Counted from the first letter of the stretch, positions 18,511 through 28,856 are shown. The stretch: DNA of 64,000 nucleotides from Desulfomonilia bacterium (GCA_963664325.2 CAXXDQ010000007.1:480001-544000), one strand, 5' to 3'. A program made the numbers and translations. The notes: generated by a model not told the origin, from the letters alone.

Positions 18511-19593
18511 ATGAAGGCCATACCAGTTGACCGTAATCGGATCAGGGGTGCCTGGGAGGGCAGGATTTCCGGCTGTCAGCTTGGCAGGCCTGTTGAAATC
18601 ATGGCCAATATGCTGGGCCTTGAAGCGATGCAGACCTATCTGAAAGAGACCGGCGCACTGCCTCTCAGGGATTACATCCCGTATGCAAATAACCCGCTTG
18701 TTGACCTTATGGGAAAACTGTCCTGCAAAGATTTCATCACACGCAGCGAGCCGGATGATGACATAAATTATACGGTACTGGCTCTCATGATGCTGGAAGA
18801 ATACGGGCTTGATCTTACAACGCAAGATGTCGCCCTCTCATGGCTTCGCTATCTGCCGGCAGGCAGAACCTTCACGGCTGAAAAGGCAGCCTATAGAACA
18901 CTCCTCTCACTCACGGATGATGTTTCGGCGACTTTCGGGCTTCCTCCCGGATTCGACCTTTCGTCATGTTCCGAGAATGATTTCTCAGACTGGATAGGCG
19001 CACAGATCCGGGCCGACATATACGGCTGGGTCTGTCCAGGCCGTCCGGGGCTGGCCGCAGACCTGGCACGGAAGGATGCAGTTCTGTCTCACCGGGGTGA
19101 TGGCGTTGAGGGCGCCGCGTTTATAGCGGCCCTCGGTGCGGCGATCCCCGCTTCGAAGTCCGTTGAAGATGCAGTGGAAGAAGCTCTGAAGGAAATCCCC
19201 GCTGGCGGCAGGGCCTTCGAGGCTGTCAGGTTCGGATGTGACATTGCAGGGAAAAGCGATGCCGTCACTTTGCTGCATGAAAAATATAAAGGGATGCCCG
19301 CTGTTCACGTGATCAATAATCTCGCCCTTGTCGTATGGGCCATCCTGTCGTACGGGAACGACTTCTCCGCCGCCATCGGTGAAGCGGTCGCGGCCGGACT
19401 CGACACCGACTGCAACGGGGCAACTGTCGGAGGGCTCTGGGGCCTTTCAGGGAAGCCCATACCCGGACACTGGGTAAAACCATGGAATAAACGCGTGGCT
19501 GTAGATCTAGCCGGCATTGGAGAACTGAATTTGGAGAGCCTGATTGACAGGACAATTGAGGTTGCTGATCGAATACATCCTGCCTCGGATTAA
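18511..19593 (+). CDS. ADP-ribosylglycohydrolase family protein
   Basis: PDDDINY, WIGAQIRAD..G, LSH, GLDTDCNGATVG. Confidence 0.88.
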   Translation: MKAIPVDRNRIRGAWEGRISGCQLGRPVEIMANMLGLEAMQTYLKETGALPLRDYIPYANNPLVDLMGKLSCKDFITRSEPDDDINYTVLALMMLEEYGLDLTTQDVALSWLRYLPAGRTFTAEKAAYRTLLSLTDDVSATFGLPPGFDLSSCSENDFSDWIGAQIRADIYGWVCPGRPGLAADLARKDAVLSHRGDGVEGAAFIAALGAAIPASKSVEDAVEEALKEIPAGGRAFEAVRFGCDIAGKSDAVTLLHEKYKGMPAVHVINNLALVVWAILSYGNDFSAAIGEAVAAGLDTDCNGATVGGLWGLSGKPIPGHWVKPWNKRVAVDLAGIGELNLESLIDRTIEVADRIHPASD

Positions 19594-19604
19594 GATAACT
19601 CCTG

Positions 19605-20849
19605 ATGATACGGATTATTACTGCAGTTGTGATATCTGTTTTTATTATCGGCTCTCAGGCGCTCTTCGGTAGCAGCATGGGCAAGCCGGTTGATATTTCC
19701 AGCAAAATTCCGGCCGATAAACATTTGATAGACACGGACAATCCAGAAGCATCTGCCGATGATACAACCAGCGCCGGTGGAATTACCGTAATCAACCCCT
19801 ACCCTTTTAAAGTCAACAGCTCTTATCCCGCAAATGTGGCTGTCAGAAGGCTTGATAACGGCGGTTTCTTCACCGCCTGTGAGGAAAAGCTATCAAATGG
19901 CAAGTTTGCGGGAGTTGCTGCATTATATACGGAGAACATGCAGGAAAAGTGGATGAGGGTTTGTTATACGGACCAGAAGAGTGATTTTTTCATAAAGAAC
20001 AACTCGGTTGCCACGTTTTCGGACGGAAACGTAATTATCGCTTACGTGGATGGAAAGGATTCCAGGGCAAGGTTTGTAATATTTAACCCCGAGATGAAAA
20101 TAATAAGGGATCCCGTTTTAATCCAAGCCTCTGCAGCCGAGTGCATTTCAGTAACGAGGCTGGCCGGAGGCATGACTGCAATGATAGCCTTTTATGCGCC
20201 TTTTGGAACAACTGGTATTGGCAGGTTCATTATCGTCAATTCATCAGGCGATATTCTGGGTTCGCCTGCTGCTTTCTCAAAGGATGGTTTCATAAGCGGC
20301 ATATCGGCAGCTACGCTGTCCAACGGTCTGATATTCATTGCATATAACAGCGGGTTTGGCAGAAGCGTGGTCATTGATCAGAATGGAAATGTCATCAGGC
20401 CCATGAGCGCTTGTTACACCAAATACTCTTCAAGGATTACGGCAATCCCGCTCGATAACGGCAATGTAATGGTTACTTTCAGGGATGAACAGGAAAGGCC
20501 GAGGTTCACAATCATTGACCAGCAGGGCGGGACCGCCGACAGTCCCGGTTATCTGTTCAACGGTGCGGCAGATGACGTGGTACCTGTAAAAATGAACAAC
20601 GGCAATGTCATGGCAGCCTTTACCCCCCTTGCAAATGGTTATCCGGCGGCCCTCTGCCTGACAGTCATCAATCAGACAGGACTGTCTGTGAAGAAACCTA
20701 AAGTAATAATCAGTGACATGCGGATTGCATCCGGGAATTATCAGATCGCTGCAGTTAAAAATGATATGGCGCTGATACTCTTCAGCGGATTTGAGGAGAT
20801 CAGGGGCGGACAGGGTACTTATAAATACGGTTTTCTTCTGGTTAAGTAG
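19605..20849 (+). CDS. Secreted repeat protein, probable beta-propeller
   Basis: Signal peptide; seven repeats about 45-55 aa apart of the type LSNG-x-hydrophobic-AY. Confidence 0.7.
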   Translation: MIRIITAVVISVFIIGSQALFGSSMGKPVDISSKIPADKHLIDTDNPEASADDTTSAGGITVINPYPFKVNSSYPANVAVRRLDNGGFFTACEEKLSNGKFAGVAALYTENMQEKWMRVCYTDQKSDFFIKNNSVATFSDGNVIIAYVDGKDSRARFVIFNPEMKIIRDPVLIQASAAECISVTRLAGGMTAMIAFYAPFGTTGIGRFIIVNSSGDILGSPAAFSKDGFISGISAATLSNGLIFIAYNSGFGRSVVIDQNGNVIRPMSACYTKYSSRITAIPLDNGNVMVTFRDEQERPRFTIIDQQGGTADSPGYLFNGAADDVVPVKMNNGNVMAAFTPLANGYPAALCLTVINQTGLSVKKPKVIISDMRIASGNYQIAAVKNDMALILFSGFEEIRGGQGTYKYGFLLVK

Positions 20850-21054
20850 GAAGAAAGCTCAAATAAAGTTCAATACAATGAAACGATGACAAATCCGCTA
20901 CAAAGCCTGAGCCTTCCCAGATCACAACTGTCATAAAATCCTTTTAATCAAGTTTTATTACAGATATATCTCGATCGCCATTGACTGATTCGTTTTTTTT
21001 TGAGCATAAGTTCTTACATTAATGAACAGCCATTCATTTTCTAAAGGGGACAAT

Positions 21055-22605
21055 ATGAGCAACATTATCAGCAGGGACACCATCGGTGATATCACAAGGA
21101 AAGCTGCCACCAAATACGGCGACAAGACGGCCATCATCTTCAGGGATATAAAACTTTCTTATTACGACCTCGAAAAAGAGGCCCGGCGTTTTGCCAACCT
21201 GATGACAAGCTACGGGATCAAGAAAGGCGACAGGGTCGCCATTTACTCCTATAACTCGCACTATTATCCTATAAGCATGATAGGCTTATCGAAGATCGGA
21301 GCAATACAGGTGCCCATAAACTATATGCTCAATGCAGATGAAATCGCCTATATAGTCAATCATTCCGGGTCCAAGATTTTCATTGTTGAAGATGCGCTCT
21401 ATCCAATCATTGCCAAGGCTCAGGACAGGTTCACATCGGTTGAGAAATGGGGATTCCTGCCCCTGTCGGATACCGATATCCCGGGCGGTTTCTTCAACCT
21501 GATCAAGGAAATGGAATTGATGAATTATGATGAGTCCTATGTCGAGGTCAATGCCGAAGACATTGCCCAGATACCCTATACAAGCGGTACGGAATCAAAA
21601 CCCAAAGGCGCCATGCTGTCCCACCGCGCACTGATGTCCGAATATTACAGCTGCATATTCGATGGCCAGTATGACACATATGATGTCAGTCTCAATGCCC
21701 TGCCGCTTTTCCACTGCGCCCAGCTGCACTGCTTTCTTATGCCTTACCTCTATGTAGGTGCAACCAATATAATCATGCACAAGGCCGACGCGCTGGAGAT
21801 GATAAAGTGCATCGAGAAATACCAGATAACGCACACATTCGCCCCGCCAACAGTCTGGATCGGCATACTCAACCACCCGGAATTCAAGAACCATAACCAC
21901 GGCAGCCTCAAGAAGGCGGCCTACGGCGCAAGCATCATGCCGGTTGAGATAATCAAGCAGCTTTCTGTGGCCTTCCGGGGTCTCAAACTGTGGAATTACT
22001 ACGGCCAGACCGAAATGGGTCCGGTTGCTACCATACTGAAACCGGAAGACCAGCTTTTAAAACCAGGCTCGGCAGGCCAGCCGGTGCTCAATGTCGAGAC
22101 CAGGTTGATGGATTTCGAGGGCAACTTCGTGCCTAACGGTGAAGTCGGCGAGATCGTCCACCGTTCGGGCCAGGTCATGACCGGGTATCTGAACGATCCA
22201 GAAAAAACGACTGAAGCCTTCGAATACGGTTGGTTCCACAGTGGAGACCTGGGCCGTTTCGATGAAGACGGATATCTGTATGTGGTTGACCGCAAGAAGG
22301 ACATGATCAAGACAGGCGGGGAAAACGTTGCCTCTCGAGAGGTCGAGGAGGTCCTTTACAAGCATCCCGGCATCGAGGAAGTCGCTGTCATAGGCCTTCC
22401 GGACCCCAAATGGATCGAGATTGTCGCCGCTGTTATAGTGCCGAAAAAAGGCACTGTATTATCCGAGAAAGACATAATTTCGTTCTGCAAAGAAAATCTT
22501 GCCGGGTTCAAGTGCCCTAAGAAACTTCACATCGTGGACAGGCTTCCCAAAAATCCTTCGGGCAAGATACTGAAACGAGAGCTCAAAGAAGAGTTGGGAA
22601 AGTAA
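21055..22605 (+). CDS. Acyl-CoA synthetase (AMP-forming)
   Basis: YTSGTESKPKG, YYGQTE, FHSGDLG, DRKKDMIKTGGENV, PKNPSGKI. Confidence 0.93.
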   Translation: MSNIISRDTIGDITRKAATKYGDKTAIIFRDIKLSYYDLEKEARRFANLMTSYGIKKGDRVAIYSYNSHYYPISMIGLSKIGAIQVPINYMLNADEIAYIVNHSGSKIFIVEDALYPIIAKAQDRFTSVEKWGFLPLSDTDIPGGFFNLIKEMELMNYDESYVEVNAEDIAQIPYTSGTESKPKGAMLSHRALMSEYYSCIFDGQYDTYDVSLNALPLFHCAQLHCFLMPYLYVGATNIIMHKADALEMIKCIEKYQITHTFAPPTVWIGILNHPEFKNHNHGSLKKAAYGASIMPVEIIKQLSVAFRGLKLWNYYGQTEMGPVATILKPEDQLLKPGSAGQPVLNVETRLMDFEGNFVPNGEVGEIVHRSGQVMTGYLNDPEKTTEAFEYGWFHSGDLGRFDEDGYLYVVDRKKDMIKTGGENVASREVEEVLYKHPGIEEVAVIGLPDPKWIEIVAAVIVPKKGTVLSEKDIISFCKENLAGFKCPKKLHIVDRLPKNPSGKILKRELKEELGK

Positions 22606-22606
22606 A

Positions 22607-22996
22607 ATGATAAGAAAGATCAAGTTGCCGCCGCCCTGTTTTGATTTTCTTCACGCGGAACTTTTGAGCGCGGAAAACGGCAGGGCGGTTGTCAGGTTCG
22701 TACCGACAGAACAGATGGAAAACCCCTATGGAACGATACAGGGCGGCATCATAGCGGGCATGCTGGACAACGTATTCGGCCCGGCGGTGGTTTCCGCTGC
22801 CCCTTCAAACAGGAGCACAACTGTTCAGATGTCGGTCAATTACCTGAGATCCGTGAAGGCGGGCGAACCTATTATCGGCACGGCCGAGGTCGTCAAGCTC
22901 GGACGTACCCAGGTGCTGATCGAGGCCAGAATGGAGCGGGAATCGGACGGAGAACTCCTGGTAAGGGCTACAGCGACCAATCTTATAAGGGAATAG
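22607..22996 (+). CDS. PaaI-family hotdog thioesterase
   Basis: NPYGTIQGG..AGMLD, SVNYLR. Confidence 0.88.
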   Translation: MIRKIKLPPPCFDFLHAELLSAENGRAVVRFVPTEQMENPYGTIQGGIIAGMLDNVFGPAVVSAAPSNRSTTVQMSVNYLRSVKAGEPIIGTAEVVKLGRTQVLIEARMERESDGELLVRATATNLIRE

Positions 22997-23106
22997 CAAA
23001 GACTCTCTTCAATGAAACTCTATTTGACATTTCTGCTTGTTGCCTTGTAGAGCAGATGAATATTTTTCAGCTTCATAATATATTCGACCGACGAAGAGGA
23101 GACGAT

Positions 23107-24039
23107 ATGACTGCAAGAACCGGAGCGTCGCATATTTCAGACTGGATTTCTGCAATGAGAATACCTTTTGCCACGGTTGCAATAGTACCTTTCGGTGTCG
23201 GTGTTTTCCTGGCTTTTGTTAACGGCGCCCAGGTTTCATGGCCTGCTTCAATTTCCGGTATCGTAGCAGTAATGCTGATATGCACGGGCTGCCACCTTAT
23301 CGGTGAAGTCTCCGATCAGGCGGAAGACAGGAAAACCCTTGATATCGGAAGGACAAAGTTTTCGGGCGGCACCCTTTCCGTCGTGGAAGGCAGGCTCAAT
23401 GAAAAATCCGTAATGAAAGGCGCGATAGCCTGTTTTGCAGTTTCGGCTCTTCTTGGCGGCTATATCTTTTATATCCAAAGGTCATTCTGGCTTATAGGAC
23501 TCGGGATTTTCGGCGCCACGGTTGCAATACTCTATTCCCTGCCTCCTGTCAGGCTGGCGAAACAGGGAGTGGGAGAGCTGTTTATCGGCATATGCTACGG
23601 ATGGCTGACAATCGTTACAGGCTATGCTACCGCATCAGGCATGATGCCGCCCGATTCATACATCTGGTGCTGGCCGGTGGCCCTTACGGTATTCAACATC
23701 ATACTGATAAATGAATTTCCGGATTTCATCCCGGATTCTTCGACAGGCAAAAAAACCCTTGTAGTCAGGATAGGAATGGAGAAAAGCCAGTGGATATATG
23801 CAAGTGCATCGATGCTTACCGGAATCTCAATACTGGGCCTCTGGTTCAGATACAGACCGTTTGAGATGCTCTTCCTGGCCGCGGTTCTGCCGGGAATTTT
23901 ACTCTCCTTTGTGCTGGCATACCTCGTTGCTGTTAAAAAAGTCTGGAAATCCAACAGCACGATCGAGCCCGTATGCGCATTTACGATAATATTAAACCAC
24001 ATTTCATCCCTAACGGTCGCCCTGCTGGTAAGATGGTAA
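23107..24039 (+). CDS. UbiA-superfamily prenyltransferase, MenA-like
   Basis: Multi-TM; EVSD...D, FSGGT, YSLPP.RL...G.GE, INEFPD...D...GKKTLVVR.G. Confidence 0.85.
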   Translation: MTARTGASHISDWISAMRIPFATVAIVPFGVGVFLAFVNGAQVSWPASISGIVAVMLICTGCHLIGEVSDQAEDRKTLDIGRTKFSGGTLSVVEGRLNEKSVMKGAIACFAVSALLGGYIFYIQRSFWLIGLGIFGATVAILYSLPPVRLAKQGVGELFIGICYGWLTIVTGYATASGMMPPDSYIWCWPVALTVFNIILINEFPDFIPDSSTGKKTLVVRIGMEKSQWIYASASMLTGISILGLWFRYRPFEMLFLAAVLPGILLSFVLAYLVAVKKVWKSNSTIEPVCAFTIILNHISSLTVALLVRW

Positions 24040-25298
24040 TAGCCCCTTATCTATCCGTCCATAACCTCATAAGGCAGTTTGCTTCATCGCTTCTGCTCAT
24101 GAAGACCGCCAGGTGGAAACACTTCCCCCTGTGGCTGAGCAGAAACGCCTGGAAGTCCATACCGGTTGCAGGCGGCGCCGTCGGCATGGGCTGTATCGGG
24201 TTCGGATATCATGCAGTCTGGGAAGTCACAGAAGCCTGCAACCTCAGATGTCTGCACTGCCACGCCACAAGCAGTGTGGCATCATCCGATGAACTCGATA
24301 CCAAGGAGGGTTTCAGACTGCTAGAACAGATACACAGACTGAAGGGATTCCAGATGCTCGCATACTCGGGCGGTGAACCTCTTGTGAGGAAAGACATCGA
24401 CGATCTGCTTGCATACGGGAAAAAGCTGGGTCTGGTTAATGTAATCGCAACAAACGGCACGCTTATAGATTATCCACGGGCCCGGGAACTGAAAAAACTC
24501 GGCGTTAAAGGCGTCGCCGTAAGTTTCGATTCCACGGACCCTGATATACACAACAGCATCAGGCAGAGCCCGACCGCCTTCGATCGCGCGATACGCGGGA
24601 TAGAGGCCTGCAAAAAGGCGGGCATTATAGTTCAGCTGAACTATACGGCAATGAAGGAAAATATCGGGACCCTGGCTGAAGTGGTGAAGTTCGCCCATGA
24701 TATCAATGCAGCCATCATGCTCTGCTATCAGCTAGTACCCATGGGCAGGGGCGGCGCAATTGCATGTTCTGCCCTCTCCCCTGAAGACAACAGGCTTCTG
24801 ATGAACAGTGCAAGGAAACTCCAGGCTGATGCGGTAACCATTGTCGAGCCTGTTGCAGGACCCCAATACTGGGCGCATCTTCTACGAAGGGACAACAGGA
24901 ATCCGAAGCGCCTTATAAGGCACAGCCCATTCCATGGCTGTGCAGCAGGATGGGGACTTGTTTACATAAAGCCCAACGGCGAAGTATGGCCCTGCCCTTT
25001 TGTCCCTGTAAGCGGTGGAAATGTCCGCTCAAGCAGTCTTTCCGACATTCATAAGAAAAGCGACATATTCAGAAAACTCTCGGACAGGAATAACCTTAAG
25101 GGAAAATGCGGCGAGTGTGAGAACAGGCATGTCTGCGGAGGCTGCCGTGGAAAGGCCTATGCCGCCTGCGGTGATGCCCTCGAAACCGATCCCACCTGTT
25201 ATATACACTTTACTGAAATGCCGGAATATCTGAAATGGGCTTCAAATACAGCTGTCGCCGGTGATGCGCCGGGAGGAGGCACGGGAAGCTGCGGTTGA
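24033..25298 (+). CDS. Radical SAM/SPASM protein (NirJ/AhbD-like)
   Basis: WEVTEACNLRCLHC, SGGEPL, ATNG; SPASM GCAAG..PCP..CGEC...CGGC..C; start overlaps the prenyltransferase stop. Confidence 0.9.
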   Translation: MVIAPYLSVHNLIRQFASSLLLMKTARWKHFPLWLSRNAWKSIPVAGGAVGMGCIGFGYHAVWEVTEACNLRCLHCHATSSVASSDELDTKEGFRLLEQIHRLKGFQMLAYSGGEPLVRKDIDDLLAYGKKLGLVNVIATNGTLIDYPRARELKKLGVKGVAVSFDSTDPDIHNSIRQSPTAFDRAIRGIEACKKAGIIVQLNYTAMKENIGTLAEVVKFAHDINAAIMLCYQLVPMGRGGAIACSALSPEDNRLLMNSARKLQADAVTIVEPVAGPQYWAHLLRRDNRNPKRLIRHSPFHGCAAGWGLVYIKPNGEVWPCPFVPVSGGNVRSSSLSDIHKKSDIFRKLSDRNNLKGKCGECENRHVCGGCRGKAYAACGDALETDPTCYIHFTEMPEYLKWASNTAVAGDAPGGGTGSCG

Positions 25299-25354
25299 GC
25301 TGAGAGGAGCCGGTCATTGATCTCTAAGGCTTCCAGGCATGCCGACTGCTCATA

Positions 25355-26476
25355 TCACTTGTACATATCGGGCAGATCCTTTTCAAAAACGGTAACAGGA
25401 TCATTATAAAACTTGATGAAATCCTCGGCTGACGGGTCTCCTGGATATGGTCCGAAATGATGCGATTCATTGGCGTTCCGCCAGAAAAGCACGTATGCAA
25501 TCTTGTCCGTCTTAAGGCACATTTTGATCGGATTCAGGAAAAGGCTCCACCAGTTGGTGAGCGGCACGCCTTCACTGCCTGATTCCGTGAGAGCCGGGAT
25601 CTTGCCGAAGGCCCGGGCCATCTCGACAAGCTGGCTTAAACGCATCATACCGCACAGGGAGGTTCCGTAGGTGAAATCACCGTAGTTGTCGTGTCCCATG
25701 ATATCGACCCATTCATTTCCCGGATAACGGTTAAGATAGCCGTCATATCCCCAGAACCTGTCCGGAGAATATGCATATAGAAGATTGTGGACATGGCGGT
25801 TGTCGCGCAGATAGGAGACCGTGAAGCGCCAGAGCGCCTTGAATTCTTCAGGCGTGCAGGAGGCTGAGCCCCACCAGAACCATGTGCCGTTATTTTCATG
25901 AAAGGGCCTGAAGATAATCGGTATAAACTCGCCGTTTGAACCTTTGAGGCTCATAAAATAATCTGCCAGCGCATCCAGTTCGGCTGTGTAAATTTCATGC
26001 CTGTCTCCGCCGGGTAAAATGCGGTTTATGTCGGCAGTTGTATCCCAGGCTGTCCCCCCATTGGGTATGTTGTGCAGGTGCCAGCTGAAGGTGTTGATGC
26101 CGCCGCGTTCATAAGAGCTGAAGATCAGTTCTCGCATACGGGCGAAACTGACACCGTCGATATTTGTCGGGCCGCTGACTCCTTCCGCGTCCCAGCCGTA
26201 TACAGCAGGGAAATCACCGCAAACCTTTTTTATGTCCGATGTCTCTTCAGCAGCCGGATCATCCCACCAGCCCACGCCATAGGCGGTTGTTTCCTGATGG
26301 CCGATGAGAATTTTATCGCCCGCGGCACTTATATCCATGAGATTATTATATAGCGCCTTTGTTTCAGCCGTAGCCTCATTGTCCACCAGACCTTCATGTA
26401 AAGGGTAGCCGCTCGGATCGAACTTGCAGCTGACAAGAACTGCAAGTGCAAGACATACTATTGAAAAGCGTTTCAT
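25355..26476 (-). CDS. GH26 beta-mannanase-like lipoprotein
   Basis: LVSC lipobox; GDFPAVYGWD, SWH, RPFHE, WFWWG, YPG..WVDIMG.D.Y, LTESG, FWRN. Confidence 0.9.
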   Translation of the reverse strand: MKRFSIVCLALAVLVSCKFDPSGYPLHEGLVDNEATAETKALYNNLMDISAAGDKILIGHQETTAYGVGWWDDPAAEETSDIKKVCGDFPAVYGWDAEGVSGPTNIDGVSFARMRELIFSSYERGGINTFSWHLHNIPNGGTAWDTTADINRILPGGDRHEIYTAELDALADYFMSLKGSNGEFIPIIFRPFHENNGTWFWWGSASCTPEEFKALWRFTVSYLRDNRHVHNLLYAYSPDRFWGYDGYLNRYPGNEWVDIMGHDNYGDFTYGTSLCGMMRLSQLVEMARAFGKIPALTESGSEGVPLTNWWSLFLNPIKMCLKTDKIAYVLFWRNANESHHFGPYPGDPSAEDFIKFYNDPVTVFEKDLPDMYK

Positions 26477-26588
26477 AATATAACCTCCAGTCTTTCAGGA
26501 AGGGAATGCTTTCAGGAATTTCTTCCCTTCCGGGATTTTATATGAGCATAGGGGTATTGCCAATCCTTTCAAAATCAGGCCGTAACAA

Positions 26589-28856
26589 TCACCTGAACAG
26601 ACTTGCCGTTCCTCCTATCTCGATTGCTGCCGCACCGCTCAAATTAACCTTCATGAGCTTTGAGGCGTCATCATAAGTGAAGTCAATGCCCTCTGTAATG
26701 ATCTCGCCGTTCCTTTTAACCCGTTTAAAGCCGTTCAGGTAAATCTCGGCAACTCCTGCAACGCCTGTATCCTCTATACTTATTCTGATGGTGTTGTCCT
26801 CTGTTGATGATAGGATCCTGCATACGCCGTTGTCCGTGAAATAATCAAATGAAGAGCTTCCAGACGCAGCCGGGAACACCTCTATTCTCAGGCTGGCTTT
26901 CCAGTCGGGCGTCCAGCTGTTATTGCTCTTGAGTATGTCGCCGCGGGGTATTATGGCCCCCTCTTTTGCAAAGACCGGGATTACTCCTAGCGGTGCATCC
27001 TCATTTATCACAGATGGGCCTTGATGAATCTCATACCTGTTGTTGTAGTTCAGCCATTTGCCTTCAGGCAGGTAGATGTCACGGCTCCTGATGTTTTTCA
27101 CTGCCACAGGGGCAACCAGCAGCTCGCTGCCGTACATGTATTCATCCCAGATATCATGAACGCTGCAGTCACCGGGATATGCTATCACGAGCGCCCGCAT
27201 GACGGGCATGCCCGTTTTTGCGGCCTGATGCATCATTGAACGCGTATAGGGTATGAGATCATGGTGCATTGCCGTAGTATCGCGCGCTATCTCGAGCAGT
27301 TCATCGTCGAAATTATTGAATATGGTCCTGTACCATATGGTGCGGTTCGGCCCTATCAGCACTTCCATCATGGGCGAATATGCCCCGAATTCGAGCCACC
27401 TTGCGAAAAGCTCCTTTGTAAAAATCAGTCCTCCGATATAACCCCCGACATCCGAGCCCCAGAACGGAAAGTTTATCATGCCGCTCCTGAGCCCGTTTTT
27501 GATGGACATCCTCAAGCTTGAAAACGTCGCATCGGTGTCTCCGTTCCAGACCCCGACAAACTGCCTCGACCTGTCAAACGCGCTGCGTGCGAACATAAGC
27601 CAGTCGCTGCCGTTTTTCGCGGCAAGGCCTTCCGCGCTCAGCTTGTGGAAATTGTATGTGACTTCGTTCTGTGCTGAAAGCGGCATTTCGCCTTCTTCCC
27701 CCCGGTCTATCTTGTATCCCTTTATGCCCATGCCGACAAACGTATCCAGCTTCGATCTGAACCAGTCATATACCTCCGGCCTCCTGACGTCAGATGCAGG
27801 CCATTCACCGCCATAGCCGTAGAAAAGATAGCCCAGCGGATCGCCTTCTGTGTAAAGGCCGTTGATGCAGCGGTTGGTTATCCAGAGGAGCAGGTTATAT
27901 CCGTCGGCCTTAAGGCTGGAGATCATGAACCCCGGGTCCGGGAATGATGAGTCAAAATCCATGTTGCCCCAGCCCATGTTCCCCGTGCCGTAAGGCCTGT
28001 CGATCCATATCGCCGATGCCCTGATCCTGTTGTCCTTGAGTTTCGATGCCGTCTGAAGCACATTTTCCTGGGCGTTCGCAACCCCTTCATTGAAACCCGT
28101 ATGGTCGTCGTCGCGCCACCATATGGAATCGAACGCCCAGAGAGGGGGCATGACCGGAGGCCCGGCAATATCATTGTATGCCTTGAGCATGTCTGCATAT
28201 GATGGACCATAGAGAATATGGTACTTGAGTTCAGGGGCTTCGAAGGAAAAAGAGGTCTTTCCAAGACATGCGATTGTGTATTGGCCCTTCGCAAATGTTT
28301 CGGCGTATATGGCGTATTTTTTCGACGTCATGTAAAATGGGGCCCGGGCGTTGCAGAAATTAGCATCATGCTTCTTCTGGAAGCCCAGCATCTGGGCGGA
28401 AGCGCCCCGGTTGTCCAGTGCTCCGGCGGGCGGGTATTCCCAGAGCCCGTAATAATGTTCGCCCAGATCAGCAAAGGTTTGAGTTATCTGTCCTGCATCA
28501 GGCGCATTGAACGCCAGTTCAATATGAGCCGGGCCCCTGAAATCGAATCTTACAAAAGCCCTGACTGAACCGTCCGCCACAAGATTTGCCTCAAGAAAAT
28601 CCCGGCCGGTTTTCAGATCGCTTACATCCGTGGCTTCAAACGAGTCCTGAAAGGCAAATGTGCTGAGCGTGTTTCTGAGTAACACTTCACCGCTTGCCTT
28701 TTCCCTGATCTCGTACGAGAAGGGATGCGAGAATACATTCAGCGTTAACAATTCACTTTCAACTGATCCGATCAATTCCAGATTTTCTTTGCATCCCTGG
28801 AGAAAAATTAGAAGTGCAACCGCTATCAAAATTACAGATGACAGTCTTTTCTTCAT
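26589..28856 (-). CDS. GH31 glycoside hydrolase lipoprotein
   Basis: LQGC lipobox; MPPLWA, KGYKIDRGE, WNGD, WGSDVGGY, ELFARW, EYMYGSELLVAPV. Confidence 0.9.
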   Translation of the reverse strand: MKKRLSSVILIAVALLIFLQGCKENLELIGSVESELLTLNVFSHPFSYEIREKASGEVLLRNTLSTFAFQDSFEATDVSDLKTGRDFLEANLVADGSVRAFVRFDFRGPAHIELAFNAPDAGQITQTFADLGEHYYGLWEYPPAGALDNRGASAQMLGFQKKHDANFCNARAPFYMTSKKYAIYAETFAKGQYTIACLGKTSFSFEAPELKYHILYGPSYADMLKAYNDIAGPPVMPPLWAFDSIWWRDDDHTGFNEGVANAQENVLQTASKLKDNRIRASAIWIDRPYGTGNMGWGNMDFDSSFPDPGFMISSLKADGYNLLLWITNRCINGLYTEGDPLGYLFYGYGGEWPASDVRRPEVYDWFRSKLDTFVGMGIKGYKIDRGEEGEMPLSAQNEVTYNFHKLSAEGLAAKNGSDWLMFARSAFDRSRQFVGVWNGDTDATFSSLRMSIKNGLRSGMINFPFWGSDVGGYIGGLIFTKELFARWLEFGAYSPMMEVLIGPNRTIWYRTIFNNFDDELLEIARDTTAMHHDLIPYTRSMMHQAAKTGMPVMRALVIAYPGDCSVHDIWDEYMYGSELLVAPVAVKNIRSRDIYLPEGKWLNYNNRYEIHQGPSVINEDAPLGVIPVFAKEGAIIPRGDILKSNNSWTPDWKASLRIEVFPAASGSSSFDYFTDNGVCRILSSTEDNTIRISIEDTGVAGVAEIYLNGFKRVKRNGEIITEGIDFTYDDASKLMKVNLSGAAAIEIGGTASLFR

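Noticed and set aside
24033-25298. This radical SAM as maturase of the peptides at 95-641
   Set aside because: 23 kb away, coupled to a prenyltransferase, and no RRE evident.
25290-25340. Selenocysteine read-through at ...GSCG-TGA
   Set aside because: No convincing SECIS, and the extension would run into the convergent GH26 gene.
26589-28856. Sulfoquinovosidase call for the GH31
   Set aside because: Has KIDRGE rather than the WMADFGE-type motif, and no sulfoglycolysis genes nearby.
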